DNA from: Candidatus Aminicenantes bacterium UBA2190
Lineage (GTDB): Bacteria; Acidobacteriota; Aminicenantia; UBA2199
Assembly: GCA_002335385.1 (NCBI GenBank)
Contig: DCVK01000054.1
Location: 27,597 to 91,596 of the forward strand
Reading direction: 5' to 3'
Length of the DNA stretch: 64,000 nt
Part shown: positions 31,743 through 40,782 of the stretch, piece by piece
Position numbering within the stretch: the first letter of the stretch is position 1
Layout: each line of letters begins with the position of its first letter
Translations under genes and position numbers: made by a program
Notes under the pieces: model-generated
Database searches by the model: none
Told to the model about the DNA's origin: nothing
The model's input: only the letters and a program-made list of their open reading frames with translations

Positions 31743-34700
31743 CTATTTCCTCAGCAGCTCCTTGACCGCCGCCTCGATCTGCTGGTCGCGCCCGAGCGCC
31801 AGGACGTCGGGATCGTTCCTGACCAGGATGTCGGGCTCGAGCTGGTTGTTCTCGCAGAGGATGCCCTCCGGGGTGCGCCAGCCGCCCTGGGGGATGCCGA
31901 AGCGCAGGGTCGGGTCGATCTGTCGCTCCCACCAGACGAACGTCCCCGTGCCGGGCACGGGCATGCCCAGCGTCTTGCCGATGCCGCGGATCTTGTACTC
32001 CACCGGGAACAGGTGGGCGTCGGAGTAGTTGCCCTCACCCATCAGGACGATGGAGGGCTTGATCCACTTGTCATAGGGTTCGTAGCCGACGAGCTGGCCG
32101 CGGGGGACGATGTCGAAGACCTTCTTGCCGGCGAGGAAATCGGCCAGCTGGTCATGGAGGTTGCCGCCGCCGTTGAAGCGCGTGTCGACGATCAGGGCTT
32201 CCTTGTCGATGCTCAGGCCGAGCACCTCCTCGATCACGGTGCGCATGCTGGCGTCGTTCATGCCGCGCACGTGGACGTAGCCGATGCGGCCGTTGGAGAG
32301 GCGGTCGACCTCGGCACGGCGGGCGCGCACCCAGCGGCGGTACACCAGCGGCGCCTCCTCGCTCAGGGCGATGGGCTTGACCGCCTCTTCCCAGCGCTGC
32401 TTCGTGGCCGGAGCGAACACTGAGAGCAGGGTGAGCTGCCCAGCCTTGCGGTTCAACAGCCGGGCGTGGTCACGCGTCCCGTCCAGGGCCTGGCCGTCGA
32501 TCTTTTCGATGACATGGCCGGCGCGGATCTTGAGGGCCGCCTTGTCCAGCGGCCCGCCGCCCAGGACCTCCGCGACCTTGATGCCGGGCCCGGCGTGGCC
32601 GTAGTCCCGGAAAATGCCCAGGGACGCCGTGGTATCGGCCTCGGGCGCGCGCGGCGGAGAGTAGTAGCAGCCGGTGTGGGAGGCGTTCAACTCGCCGAGC
32701 ATCTCGCTGACCATCTCCGCGTAGTCGTAATTGTTGCGGATGTGGGGCAGGAACTTGCGGTAGGTTTCGTAATAAAAGTCCCAGTCGGCGCCGTAGAGGT
32801 CGGCGACCAGGAACTTCTGCCGGATCTGCCGCCACATGTGATCGAACATGTAGGCCTTCTCGGCGGCCTGGTCGAGGATCATTTCATTGCCGATGACGAC
32901 GGGTTCAGTCTTGCCGCTCTCGGGATCGATCTTGGATACCTTGCCTTCGGCCAGCACGAACAGAGCCTTGCCGTCGGCCGCGAGATCCAGGGCCGCCCTC
33001 TCCGCGTTGAGCTTGGCCAGGAGCTTGGTCTCCTTGGTGCGCAGCTCGGTCTGCCACAGGTCGTAGCCCTTCTCGAACCTGGCCAGGTAGAAGAGCTTTT
33101 CGCCGTCCTGGCTGAGCGCGGCGCCGGCGATGTCGGCGGAACTGATGGTGAATCGTGCCTTGCGCTGATCGAGCCCCTCGAGCTCGATGACGATGTCCTT
33201 TTTGGGTTCCGCCTTCCCGGCCTCCTTCTCCTTGCCTTCCTTGGCCTTGTCTCTCTCGATCTTGGCCTTCTCCTCCCGCTCCTTCAGCAGCGCGAAGTCG
33301 GGCTTGGAGAGGAGGAAGCGGTCATAGGCATCGCGGGTAAAGAACATGCCATGAACGTCATAGGTCAGCAGCGAGCCGGAGACGTTGGCGGCTCCGTCGC
33401 GCGTGGAGCCGTAGACCATCATTGAGCCGCCCATGCCCCAGCGGGCGCCGAAATTATCGAAGCCGCTTTGGGTCAGGTTGATGATCTTGCCCTTGCCGTC
33501 GCCGGCGACCAGCCCGATCTGGGAGGTGAACAGGCGCACGTAGCCGAACTGCACCAGGAACCACTTGCCGTCGGGGCTCCAGGCGTAGTCCTGGTCGCCG
33601 TCGGCATAGGAATAGTTGTGCTCGGCGGGCAGGATCGTCCGCGTCTGCCGGGAGGCCAGGTTGATCACCTTGAGCACGACCCGGTCCTCGATGTAGGCCA
33701 CCTCCTTGCCGTCGGGCGAGAACTCGGGCTGGAACTCCTCGGCCGCGGTCGCCACCACCGGCTCCTCCTTGAGCAGGGTTGCGGCATAGAAATAAGGTTC
33801 CTCCTTGCGCACGATCGAGGTGCGGTAAACGTTCCAGCTGTTGTCACGCTCGGCCGCGTAGACCAGGCTGCGGCCGTCGGGGCTGAAGCTCACGCTGCGC
33901 TCCTGCCCGGGAGTATTGGTGATGCGCTTGCCGACGCCGCCCTCGACGCTGCCGACGAAGATCTCGCCGCGGAAGACATAAGCGATCTCCTTGCCGTTGG
34001 GCGAGAGGCGCATCTGCGTGATGCCGCCTCCGACCGGCTCGGCCTTCTCCAGGACGCGGCGGCCGTCCTGGGCGATGCGCACGGCGACCCGGAGCGGCGC
34101 GGCGCCGGCTTCGAGGGTGTAGATCTCGCCGTCATGGCCGAAGCAGAGGCGGCCGGCGTCGGAGCGGCTCAGGAAGCGGACGGGGTTCTTCGTGAAGGCG
34201 GTCAGGGCGACGGACTCCGCCGGGTTGCTCAGCGAGCTCTTGTGGATGTTGAACGATCCGCTCTGCTCGCTCAGGTAGTAGAAATCATCGCCGTTGCCGT
34301 CGAAGACGGGATTGCGGTCCTCGCCGGGGAAGGAGGTGAGCCGGGTGTGTTTCTTCGTCTTCAGGTCATAGGACCAGATGTCGCGGGTCACGGCGGATGT
34401 GTGGTGCTTGCGCCAGTCGTTCTCGTAGCCTTTCTGGTCGTGGTAGATGATCTTGCCGCCGGAGCGGTCGACCGTGGCCGCGATCGCGGCGTGGGTCAGG
34501 ATCAGCTCCAGCTCGCCGCCGTCCACGGAGACGCTGTAGAGCTCCGGGAGTGCCGGTGTCGGGAACTGGGCGTCGCTGGCCAGGTCCTTGCGCACCTGGG
34601 TGAAGAGTACGCGCCGGTCGTCGGCGCTGAAGCTGCTGGGGATCTCATTGCGGGAATGCCAGGTCAGGCGCCGGGCCTCCCCTCCGGACTCCGGGACGAT

Positions 34701-35003
34701 GAAGACGTCGAAATTGCCGTGGCGGTCGGAGGCGAAGGCGATGGAACGGCCGTCGTGGCTCCAGACCGGGGCGAACTCGTAGGACTCGCCGATGGTCAGG
34801 GGCACGGCCCGGCCGCCGCCGGCGGCTACCTTGTAGATATCACCCTGGTAGCAGAAGAGAATGGCGGAACCGTCGGGGGAGATCGCCGGGTAGCGGAGCC
34901 AGAGGGGCTTGTCTTGCGCCGGGAGCGGCCGCGCCCCCAGGATCCAGGCGAAAAGGAAAGCAATGCAGAATGATCTCAGGGCTTTTTCAATGGATGGTCT
35001 CAT
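31743..35003 (-). CDS. Tricorn-like S41 peptidase (beta-propellers, PDZ, S41 domain), exported
   Basis: WLRYPAISPDG and PD40 repeats, GELNASH, IGYVH, DTRFNGGG, NYSDA catalytic Ser, G.PVPGT; RBS GGAGG before ATG 35003. Confidence 0.93.
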   Translation of the reverse strand: MRPSIEKALRSFCIAFLFAWILGARPLPAQDKPLWLRYPAISPDGSAILFCYQGDIYKVAAGGGRAVPLTIGESYEFAPVWSHDGRSIAFASDRHGNFDVFIVPESGGEARRLTWHSRNEIPSSFSADDRRVLFTQVRKDLASDAQFPTPALPELYSVSVDGGELELILTHAAIAATVDRSGGKIIYHDQKGYENDWRKHHTSAVTRDIWSYDLKTKKHTRLTSFPGEDRNPVFDGNGDDFYYLSEQSGSFNIHKSSLSNPAESVALTAFTKNPVRFLSRSDAGRLCFGHDGEIYTLEAGAAPLRVAVRIAQDGRRVLEKAEPVGGGITQMRLSPNGKEIAYVFRGEIFVGSVEGGVGKRITNTPGQERSVSFSPDGRSLVYAAERDNSWNVYRTSIVRKEEPYFYAATLLKEEPVVATAAEEFQPEFSPDGKEVAYIEDRVVLKVINLASRQTRTILPAEHNYSYADGDQDYAWSPDGKWFLVQFGYVRLFTSQIGLVAGDGKGKIINLTQSGFDNFGARWGMGGSMMVYGSTRDGAANVSGSLLTYDVHGMFFTRDAYDRFLLSKPDFALLKEREEKAKIERDKAKEGKEKEAGKAEPKKDIVIELEGLDQRKARFTISSADIAGAALSQDGEKLFYLARFEKGYDLWQTELRTKETKLLAKLNAERAALDLAADGKALFVLAEGKVSKIDPESGKTEPVVIGNEMILDQAAEKAYMFDHMWRQIRQKFLVADLYGADWDFYYETYRKFLPHIRNNYDYAEMVSEMLGELNASHTGCYYSPPRAPEADTTASLGIFRDYGHAGPGIKVAEVLGGGPLDKAALKIRAGHVIEKIDGQALDGTRDHARLLNRKAGQLTLLSVFAPATKQRWEEAVKPIALSEEAPLVYRRWVRARRAEVDRLSNGRIGYVHVRGMNDASMRTVIEEVLGLSIDKEALIVDTRFNGGGNLHDQLADFLAGKKVFDIVPRGQLVGYEPYDKWIKPSIVLMGEGNYSDAHLFPVEYKIRGIGKTLGMPVPGTGTFVWWERQIDPTLRFGIPQGGWRTPEGILCENNQLEPDILVRNDPDVLALGRDQQIEAAVKELLRK

Positions 35004-35155
35004 GGGTGTCCTCCCTGGAAGCGATTTGGTTGTCGGGGCCATTGTCCATAATACGGCCCCGGCGGTCAAAGGGTTAACTCCGGCCGGCGCTATTTGAAAA
35101 AATCGCTCCTACAGCCCGGTCGCTCCCCCGGGTGCGCTGGGCTCGATCCTGCGCC

Positions 35156-35371
35156 CTACGCCTTGCGCCGGACGGGCTTTTTCCCCGACCCCGCTGCCGG
35201 CTTGGCCGGGCGCGGTGCCGCTCCTGTTTTTCTCTTTGCGGGAGGGGCCCAGGTCTCACCGCCGTCCTTCGAGCGTCGGAACGATCTGGACAATGCCACG
35301 GCGCCGGCCAGGGCCGCCGCCGCGGCGCCGAGCAGCACGCCCCAGAAGAAGTTTTTGTTGTTTTCGTTCAT
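35156..35371 (-). CDS. Small membrane-anchored basic protein (YtxH-like N-terminus), probably leaderless
   Basis: FFWGVLLGAAAAALAG hydrophobic segment then Lys/Ala/Pro tail; TTGCAT-17-TACAAT ends 6 nt before ATG. Confidence 0.7.
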   Translation of the reverse strand: MNENNKNFFWGVLLGAAAAALAGAVALSRSFRRSKDGGETWAPPAKRKTGAAPRPAKPAAGSGKKPVRRKA

Positions 35372-35428
35372 GGCCGTATTGTAGGAGGATGAGGGGAGAA
35401 ATGCAATGAATGGAGACTCGTTGATCCC

Positions 35429-35491
35429 GGTGTACGGTTTGCGGTGTACGGTAAGAAAGGGCAAAAGGCAAAAGTGAAAAGGCAAAGGGGA
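35429..35491 (+). repeat. Two unpaired heptamer arms
   Basis: ggtgtac ggtttgc ggtgtac ggtaaga then aagggca aaaggca aaagtga aaaggca aagggga. Confidence 0.8.
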
Positions 35492-35611
35492 AGAACAGGG
35501 CGCCCGGCGCCAGGCGGTTGGTCAGAGGAAGCCTTGTTTTTCCAGTGAACGCCGACCGCCAAGCCATTTCTTGCCGTCGTCCGTGGACCGGGTTCGCCAG
35601 TCTTTATCCCC

Positions 35612-36562
35612 CTAGAACAATCTTCCCTGCTCCGGCGCTTTCCTTGCCGCCGCGGCGCGGATTGCCGCAACGATCGGCTCGGCGCCGGCGGCGGTGTCCC
35701 AGCCTATGGCCCCTTTGCGGATCAGGTCCCGGTTCCCCACGGGAGGTGGGGAGAAGCTGGCGGGCGCGGCGGCGAACACGGGGATGCCGAGCCGGATAGC
35801 CGACAGGGCGGCGTTGAACGAGCCGCTCATGCGCTGGTCGGCGTCGCGCTCGGGACCGGAAATGACCACGACCAGCGCGGCGGAAAGGGCGGCGACGAGC
35901 TGATTGCGCGCCATGGCCTGGAAGGCGGCCCATCTGGCGTCGGGCGCGAACTGGGAGACCACGAGGACGTTGTCGACCGTCAGGTGATCCTGCAATTCGG
36001 GGCGGGTCTGGAAATGGTGCAGGCCCTCCGCCAAAACGAGGGTGGTCGTGCCGCCGGCGCGCAGGGCGGCCGCATGGGCGGCGCAGTCGATCCCCGCGGC
36101 ATAGCCGGAGACGACATTGATTCCCCGCGCGGCCAGCCCGGCTGCCAGGGAAGCGGCGGCCGCCAGGGCCTCTTCTCCGGCCCGGCGCTGGCCCACGATC
36201 GCCGCGCCCGTCCGCTCCAGCAGGGCGATGTTCCCCCGCACGTACAGCAGCGCCGGCAGGGGGAGTTTTTCCTCCAGGCCCTGGAGCCGGCGCGGAAAAT
36301 CGGGATGCAGGGGGTGGAGCAAGGTCACTTCCCGCTCGGGGAATCTCTCGATCCCGCCCGGTTCACGGAGGGTGAGACCGGGGACGGCGAAGCCCGCCCG
36401 GCTCATTCCCAGCGCCTCGCCCAGTTTTTCCGGGTTCTCGAGAATCCAGGAGGCCGCCTTCCCTTTGCGCGAAAGGTAAGCGGCGATGCGCCACAGCGCC
36501 CTGGGCCCCAGCCCCTTGACGGCGGCCAGCGCGCGCCAGGCCCTGCCTTCCTGGGTGTTCAT
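35612..36562 (-). CDS. DprA/Smf-family protein lacking C-terminal winged helix
   Basis: P.LLYVRGN, AIVG.R, VVSGYAAGID.AAH.AAL, RNQLVAALS, SGS; ATGA overlap with upstream PRTase. Confidence 0.88.
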   Translation of the reverse strand: MNTQEGRAWRALAAVKGLGPRALWRIAAYLSRKGKAASWILENPEKLGEALGMSRAGFAVPGLTLREPGGIERFPEREVTLLHPLHPDFPRRLQGLEEKLPLPALLYVRGNIALLERTGAAIVGQRRAGEEALAAAASLAAGLAARGINVVSGYAAGIDCAAHAAALRAGGTTTLVLAEGLHHFQTRPELQDHLTVDNVLVVSQFAPDARWAAFQAMARNQLVAALSAALVVVISGPERDADQRMSGSFNAALSAIRLGIPVFAAAPASFSPPPVGNRDLIRKGAIGWDTAAGAEPIVAAIRAAAARKAPEQGRLF

Positions 36563-37152
36563 CGGTTCGACCGGGTGCTGGTCACCGTGACCACGGAAAC
36601 CATGGCGACAGTGCCCTGGAAAAGCAGGGTGGCCGTCACCGCTTTCAGAGTTTCCCCGGAGCGGTAGAGGTCGTCGAAGAGCAGGACATGTTGATTCGCG
36701 AAACGCTTGTCCTGGACGGAGAACGCATCCACCAGCTCCTTGCGGCGCCGGCGCTTGTCGGTGATCCCTTTCAGCGGCATGGTCGGCTTGGCCTTCAGCA
36801 GGTAGTCATCGGGAGCCGGCAGGCCCAGCAGTTCGCCGATGCGTGAGGCGACTTTCTCCACGGGCTGGAATGAACGTCGCCATTCCGACGGCGGCACGGC
36901 CAGGACGGCCTTGATGTCCCAGAGTTCGGACCTGCCGCGGACGAACTCGGCGACCGTGCGGGCGATGGGCTCGGCCTGCGAAAGGTCGTCGCGATACTTC
37001 AACCTGTAGATCGCCTCACCGATCTCTGTCCGCTCCGTGTCGAAGGCGGGCCGGGTGAAGCTGTCGGAGTCCCCGGTGCTGCGGACCGTATGCTGGTCCA
37101 GCGCCCAGCCATGCGTCCAGTTGCCCAGGAGCGGTTTAAGGTTTATTTCCAT
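36559..37152 (-). CDS. ComF-related phosphoribosyltransferase without N-terminal zinc finger
   Basis: YRLKY, VPPS, FQPV, VLLFDDLYRSGET PRPP loop; N-terminus GNW..GWALD.HT instead of CxxC motifs. Confidence 0.85.
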   Translation of the reverse strand: MEINLKPLLGNWTHGWALDQHTVRSTGDSDSFTRPAFDTERTEIGEAIYRLKYRDDLSQAEPIARTVAEFVRGRSELWDIKAVLAVPPSEWRRSFQPVEKVASRIGELLGLPAPDDYLLKAKPTMPLKGITDKRRRRKELVDAFSVQDKRFANQHVLLFDDLYRSGETLKAVTATLLFQGTVAMVSVVTVTSTRSNR

Positions 37153-37171
37153 TTTATCGAGAACCAGGGAC

Positions 37172-37200
37172 ATGATAATAAAAATAGTGGCGAGTGACAA
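37172..37200 (-). promoter_or_regulatory. Sigma70-like promoter of PRTase-DprA pair
   Basis: TTGTCA-17-TATCAT on minus strand, 19 nt before ATG 37152. Confidence 0.6.
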
Positions 37201-37218
37201 GCAGGAATTAAGACGAAA

Positions 37219-37308
37219 GGCTATGGGGTAGGGGTGACGGGTGGAGGCAATCGGCGATCCCTTCCTATCTGTGCCCCATAGCCCTGGACCCACCACCGAG
37301 GACCCGGA
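37219..37308. repeat. Degenerate inverted G-rich/C-rich heptamer-like arms
   Basis: GGCTATGGGG (37219-37228) inverted at CCCCATAGCC (37274-37283) with loose 7-nt periodicity on both sides. Confidence 0.45.
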
Positions 37309-37378
37309 AGTCCCTATTAATTGGCAAAAGACAATAAATTAGGTAGAATGTGCTGCATATACCCAAGGAGAAATCATT

Positions 37379-37684
37379 ATGAAGACACTGAAGAGGATCG
37401 ACATCATGTCGTTCGCCAAGTTCCAAACGTTCCTGATGGCCATGATCGGCCTGCTGGTCGGAGTCATGGTCGCCTTTTTCGGCTTCATTTTCCAGGCCTT
37501 TGCCGGGCGCTTCATGGAGGGGGGAGAATCCCTGCCCGCCTTCGGGGCCGGCCTGGGCGTGGCGGCGCTGATCATCTTGCCCGTCATGTATGCCGTGATC
37601 GGTTTCGTTACCGGCCTCATCGGCGGCGCGCTGTTCAATTTGGTTTCCAGGATCTCAGGGGGGATCAGGGTCGAGCTCGAGTGA
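37379..37684 (+). CDS. Small two-TM membrane protein, DUF3566-like
   Basis: LKRID.MSFAK start, two TM helices, FNLVSRISGGIRVELE end; AGGAG RBS. Confidence 0.75.
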   Translation: MKTLKRIDIMSFAKFQTFLMAMIGLLVGVMVAFFGFIFQAFAGRFMEGGESLPAFGAGLGVAALIILPVMYAVIGFVTGLIGGALFNLVSRISGGIRVELE

Positions 37685-37905
37685 ACCGGCATGACTCGGC
37701 CTGTCGCCACCGGCGGCAGGCGGACGGCAGGACAGGTCAATGAACTGAATCGAGCGCTGTCCTCGACGAGAAACAAAGAAATGAAGGCCAGAGCAGAGAT
37801 TTCCCCATCCCATTCAATTCCCGGATCTTAACGACCTGACCCGGGGAATCGATCCGCCACCCGGTTGGCTGGTGCCGCCACCGGCACGGGCACGCCACTG
37901 AGCAC

Positions 37906-39732
37906 TCACAGATATCCCAGTGAGCGAAGCAGGTTTTTCTCTTCAGCGAGCAGGGATCCGGCCTTGCCCCCGGCTTTTCGCCCCCTGCAAATCTCCTTGA
38001 GGACCCGGGCGATCTCCGGTCTCAGGGAATCGACGACCCGCTTCCGTTCGCTGGAGATCTCCCGTCGCTCGCCTGGATCGGCCCGCACGTCGTACAGCTC
38101 GATCTGCGGCCGCGCCGGCGGCTGGCCGTACTCATGATAAAAAGACGGTGCCTCGAGAGGCATGGGAAAATTAAAGATCAGGTGGTGGGAGCCGCTGAAC
38201 ATGGAGAAGCGCTGGGGCAGATGCTTGTTGAACTGGCTGGCCGCGGCCGAAGAAAAGATGGTGCGCGTGGGGGGCGGGGAGCCTTGGATCAACGGCAGCA
38301 GGCTGATGCCGTCGATGCCGGGCGGGCAATCGATCTTCAAGTGATCCAGTACGGTCGGCAGGACGTCGCATAGGCTCACGAATTCCCGGCAGCGCCGCCC
38401 GGCGTACAATTCACCGGGAAACTTGATGAGAAGGGGGACATGATGGATCTCCCGGTACAGAGAGTGCCCGTGGAACCAGCCGCCGTGTTCGCCGAATTCC
38501 TCGCCGTGGTCGGAGGTCAGCACGATCAGCGAGCGCTTGTAAATCCCGGCGAGTTTTAAATGCCGGATGAATTCGCCGAAAAAATGATCGAATTGGCGTA
38601 CTTCAGCGTCGTACAGCCTTACCAGCGTGCGCCGCTCCACTTCGGGCACCTTGGAATTGAACTGTGCCTGTTTGGTGAACGTGTTCATGCGCCGGCTTGA
38701 GGGATCGGGGCCGAGAGCGGCTCTGAATTCCTCGCCCGGCTCATACGGGGAGTGCAGCTTGTAGGTATGAAGGAACATGAACAGGGCGGGGAGGGGACTG
38801 GCTTCCAGGAACGTGCGGGCATTCGCGAACAAGCGACGGTCCGCATAGATATCGCTCGTCCGTGAACTGGTGAGAAAACAATCGTGGTGGCGTGCGAAAC
38901 CGAGCCTGGCCGACATCCAGGCGCCGTCGTTGAACTGAACGACGGCGAAACGCGGGGCAATGCCGGCCAGGAGATGGGGCGCGTCCCCTGGAATCGGGGA
39001 GTCATGGGCGACCCGGTGATGGAACTCGAACTGCCCGGAGAAAAAACTCGCGAAAGAAGGCAGGGTCCATGAGCTTGGCGCGATGTTGTTCTCGAAAGTG
39101 ACCGCGTCCCGCCCGAACGCTTCGATGTGGGGGGTGCGGCCCGCCGCGAGGCCCCGCCTCCCGATGCGGTCTCCGCGGAATGTGTCGGGGGCCACCACGA
39201 ACACGTACTGCCGACTCTGGGGGGGCATGATCGCGGCAAATATGGCCCGCCCGGCGATCAGGTGACCGTGTCCCGTGGCGTGCACGTGAATGGTTTCCCC
39301 GCGCTTGAGCGTCACCACTGCCGAGAAATAACCGTTCGATTTTTTGTTCACGGTGAAGGCGCGCAGGGTTTTTTCCCGGTCCTGCCTGCGTTGCACGACA
39401 GCGACGCGGATGCTTTTATTCGGGAGGGGCTTGATGGCGTAGGAAAAGAAGACGATGAATTCTCCCGCCCGCCCCGGGGAGGCCTGCAGATCCGCATCCT
39501 TGCGGAAAGTGACCCCCTGGCCATCGGCGATCCCCTGCCCCACGCTGATACGCTCTTTCGCGCATCGCCAATGAAGCAGGGAACCGTCATATCGCAGCGG
39601 CTCTCCGGAGACGATGGAGAACGGCACGCGCTGGAAATGCACGGGAGCGGGCCTTCGCCACAGCCAGGCGGCCAGGCCGATGGCGACGGCGATCATGAAT
39701 CCGACCCAGACAACCGCTCTGCTTCGCCTCAT
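37906..39732 (-). CDS. Membrane-anchored sulfatase/alkaline-phosphatase superfamily hydrolase
   Basis: DTFRGD, SSWTLPSFAS, H.PY, YDAEV..FD, TSDHGEEFGEHG..HG..LY, LRSLGYL. Confidence 0.88.
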   Translation of the reverse strand: MRRSRAVVWVGFMIAVAIGLAAWLWRRPAPVHFQRVPFSIVSGEPLRYDGSLLHWRCAKERISVGQGIADGQGVTFRKDADLQASPGRAGEFIVFFSYAIKPLPNKSIRVAVVQRRQDREKTLRAFTVNKKSNGYFSAVVTLKRGETIHVHATGHGHLIAGRAIFAAIMPPQSRQYVFVVAPDTFRGDRIGRRGLAAGRTPHIEAFGRDAVTFENNIAPSSWTLPSFASFFSGQFEFHHRVAHDSPIPGDAPHLLAGIAPRFAVVQFNDGAWMSARLGFARHHDCFLTSSRTSDIYADRRLFANARTFLEASPLPALFMFLHTYKLHSPYEPGEEFRAALGPDPSSRRMNTFTKQAQFNSKVPEVERRTLVRLYDAEVRQFDHFFGEFIRHLKLAGIYKRSLIVLTSDHGEEFGEHGGWFHGHSLYREIHHVPLLIKFPGELYAGRRCREFVSLCDVLPTVLDHLKIDCPPGIDGISLLPLIQGSPPPTRTIFSSAAASQFNKHLPQRFSMFSGSHHLIFNFPMPLEAPSFYHEYGQPPARPQIELYDVRADPGERREISSERKRVVDSLRPEIARVLKEICRGRKAGGKAGSLLAEEKNLLRSLGYL

Positions 39733-39955
39733 TCCAAGACCTTATTGCTGCCAATATAGTTCATTGTGGCTGCCGATGCAACCCGGCTCGCGTTGCGTGT
39801 CAGTCCAAAGTAGGGATCTTGAGGGGCGTGAGCCGGGGACTTCAGGTGATAGGTGGAGAAAATCGGCAATACAAACTTATCTATGACCCATCACCCAGGA
39901 CCTGCAGCCTGATTTCGGTAATAGGCAGTTGCTAACACTTACATTGAATTGGGGC

Positions 39956-40675
39956 TTAATCAAGAAATGGATTCGATCTCTTTTCGACCCCTATGGTCGT
40001 GCTGGGGCCGTGACCGGGGAAAACCCGCGTCAGCGGCGGCAAGGGCAGCAGCCGCCGGCGGATGTTGTTTACTTCCAGCCGCAAGGCAGCCTGGCGCCGC
40101 GAGGAGCTGTTCCCGTGGGCCTTGCCGATGCCGCCGGCAAAAAGGGTGTCGCCGGAGAAGAGGATGTCCCCGATTCTGAGACAAACGCTTCCCGGCGAAT
40201 GGCCCGGGGTGTGGAGCACCTCGACCTCGAATCCACCCAAAATCAGCTTGGGTTGATCGGGATAGAACGTGAACGGGAACTTGGCGCCGACGGTCTCCGC
40301 GGCCAGGCTGCGGTCGGCGCGGTGCAGGTAGGCCGGAACGGCAAGCTTTTCAGCCAGGAAGGCGATGCCGCCGACGTGGTCGTAGTGGCCGTGGGTATTC
40401 AGAATGGCCAGCACCTGCAGGCCCTGGGAGCGGATGAACTCCAGAAGCGCAGGCGCCGGCACGCCGGGGTCGATCACCAGCGCCTGCTGGGTGTCGGCCA
40501 GCCAGACCAGGTAGCAGTTGACCGTGCTCCCCCGGTGGTCCAGGGGGAGGGCGAAGGTCTTCAGCGCCAGATGCTGGACCTCCTCCTCGAAAAAACCAAG
40601 CTCCGGCTCGGCCTGGCCGCCCAGGCCGGAGGCCAGCCACAGAAAAAGGACCAGCATTCCGCCCATGTGCTTCAT
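39956..40675 (-). CDS. MBL-fold hydrolase (YcbL/glyoxalase II-like) with signal peptide
   Basis: NCYLV, THGHYDH, TPGHSPG, SGDTLF, PGHGPSTTIG.EK.SNPFL. Confidence 0.88.
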   Translation of the reverse strand: MKHMGGMLVLFLWLASGLGGQAEPELGFFEEEVQHLALKTFALPLDHRGSTVNCYLVWLADTQQALVIDPGVPAPALLEFIRSQGLQVLAILNTHGHYDHVGGIAFLAEKLAVPAYLHRADRSLAAETVGAKFPFTFYPDQPKLILGGFEVEVLHTPGHSPGSVCLRIGDILFSGDTLFAGGIGKAHGNSSSRRQAALRLEVNNIRRRLLPLPPLTRVFPGHGPSTTIGVEKRSNPFLD

Positions 40676-40681
40676 GGAGGC

Positions 40682-40710
40682 GTTGTAGCATGGCGGCGCC
40701 GGCTTGTCAA
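40682..40710 (-). promoter_or_regulatory. Sigma70-like promoter giving a probable leaderless mRNA
   Basis: TTGACA-17-(TGc)TACAAC, 6 nt before ATG 40675. Confidence 0.55.
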
Positions 40711-40782
40711 AGCCTTGGAGCAAAGTGCGAAGTGAATGGTTCGCCATGAAATTTCTATGCTATAATCATTCCCGGTGAGGCC

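Noticed and set aside
35612-37152. Canonical competence genes comF and dprA
   Set aside because: Zinc finger and winged-helix domains are missing and the usual neighbours (topA, comM) are absent, so gene symbols were withheld.
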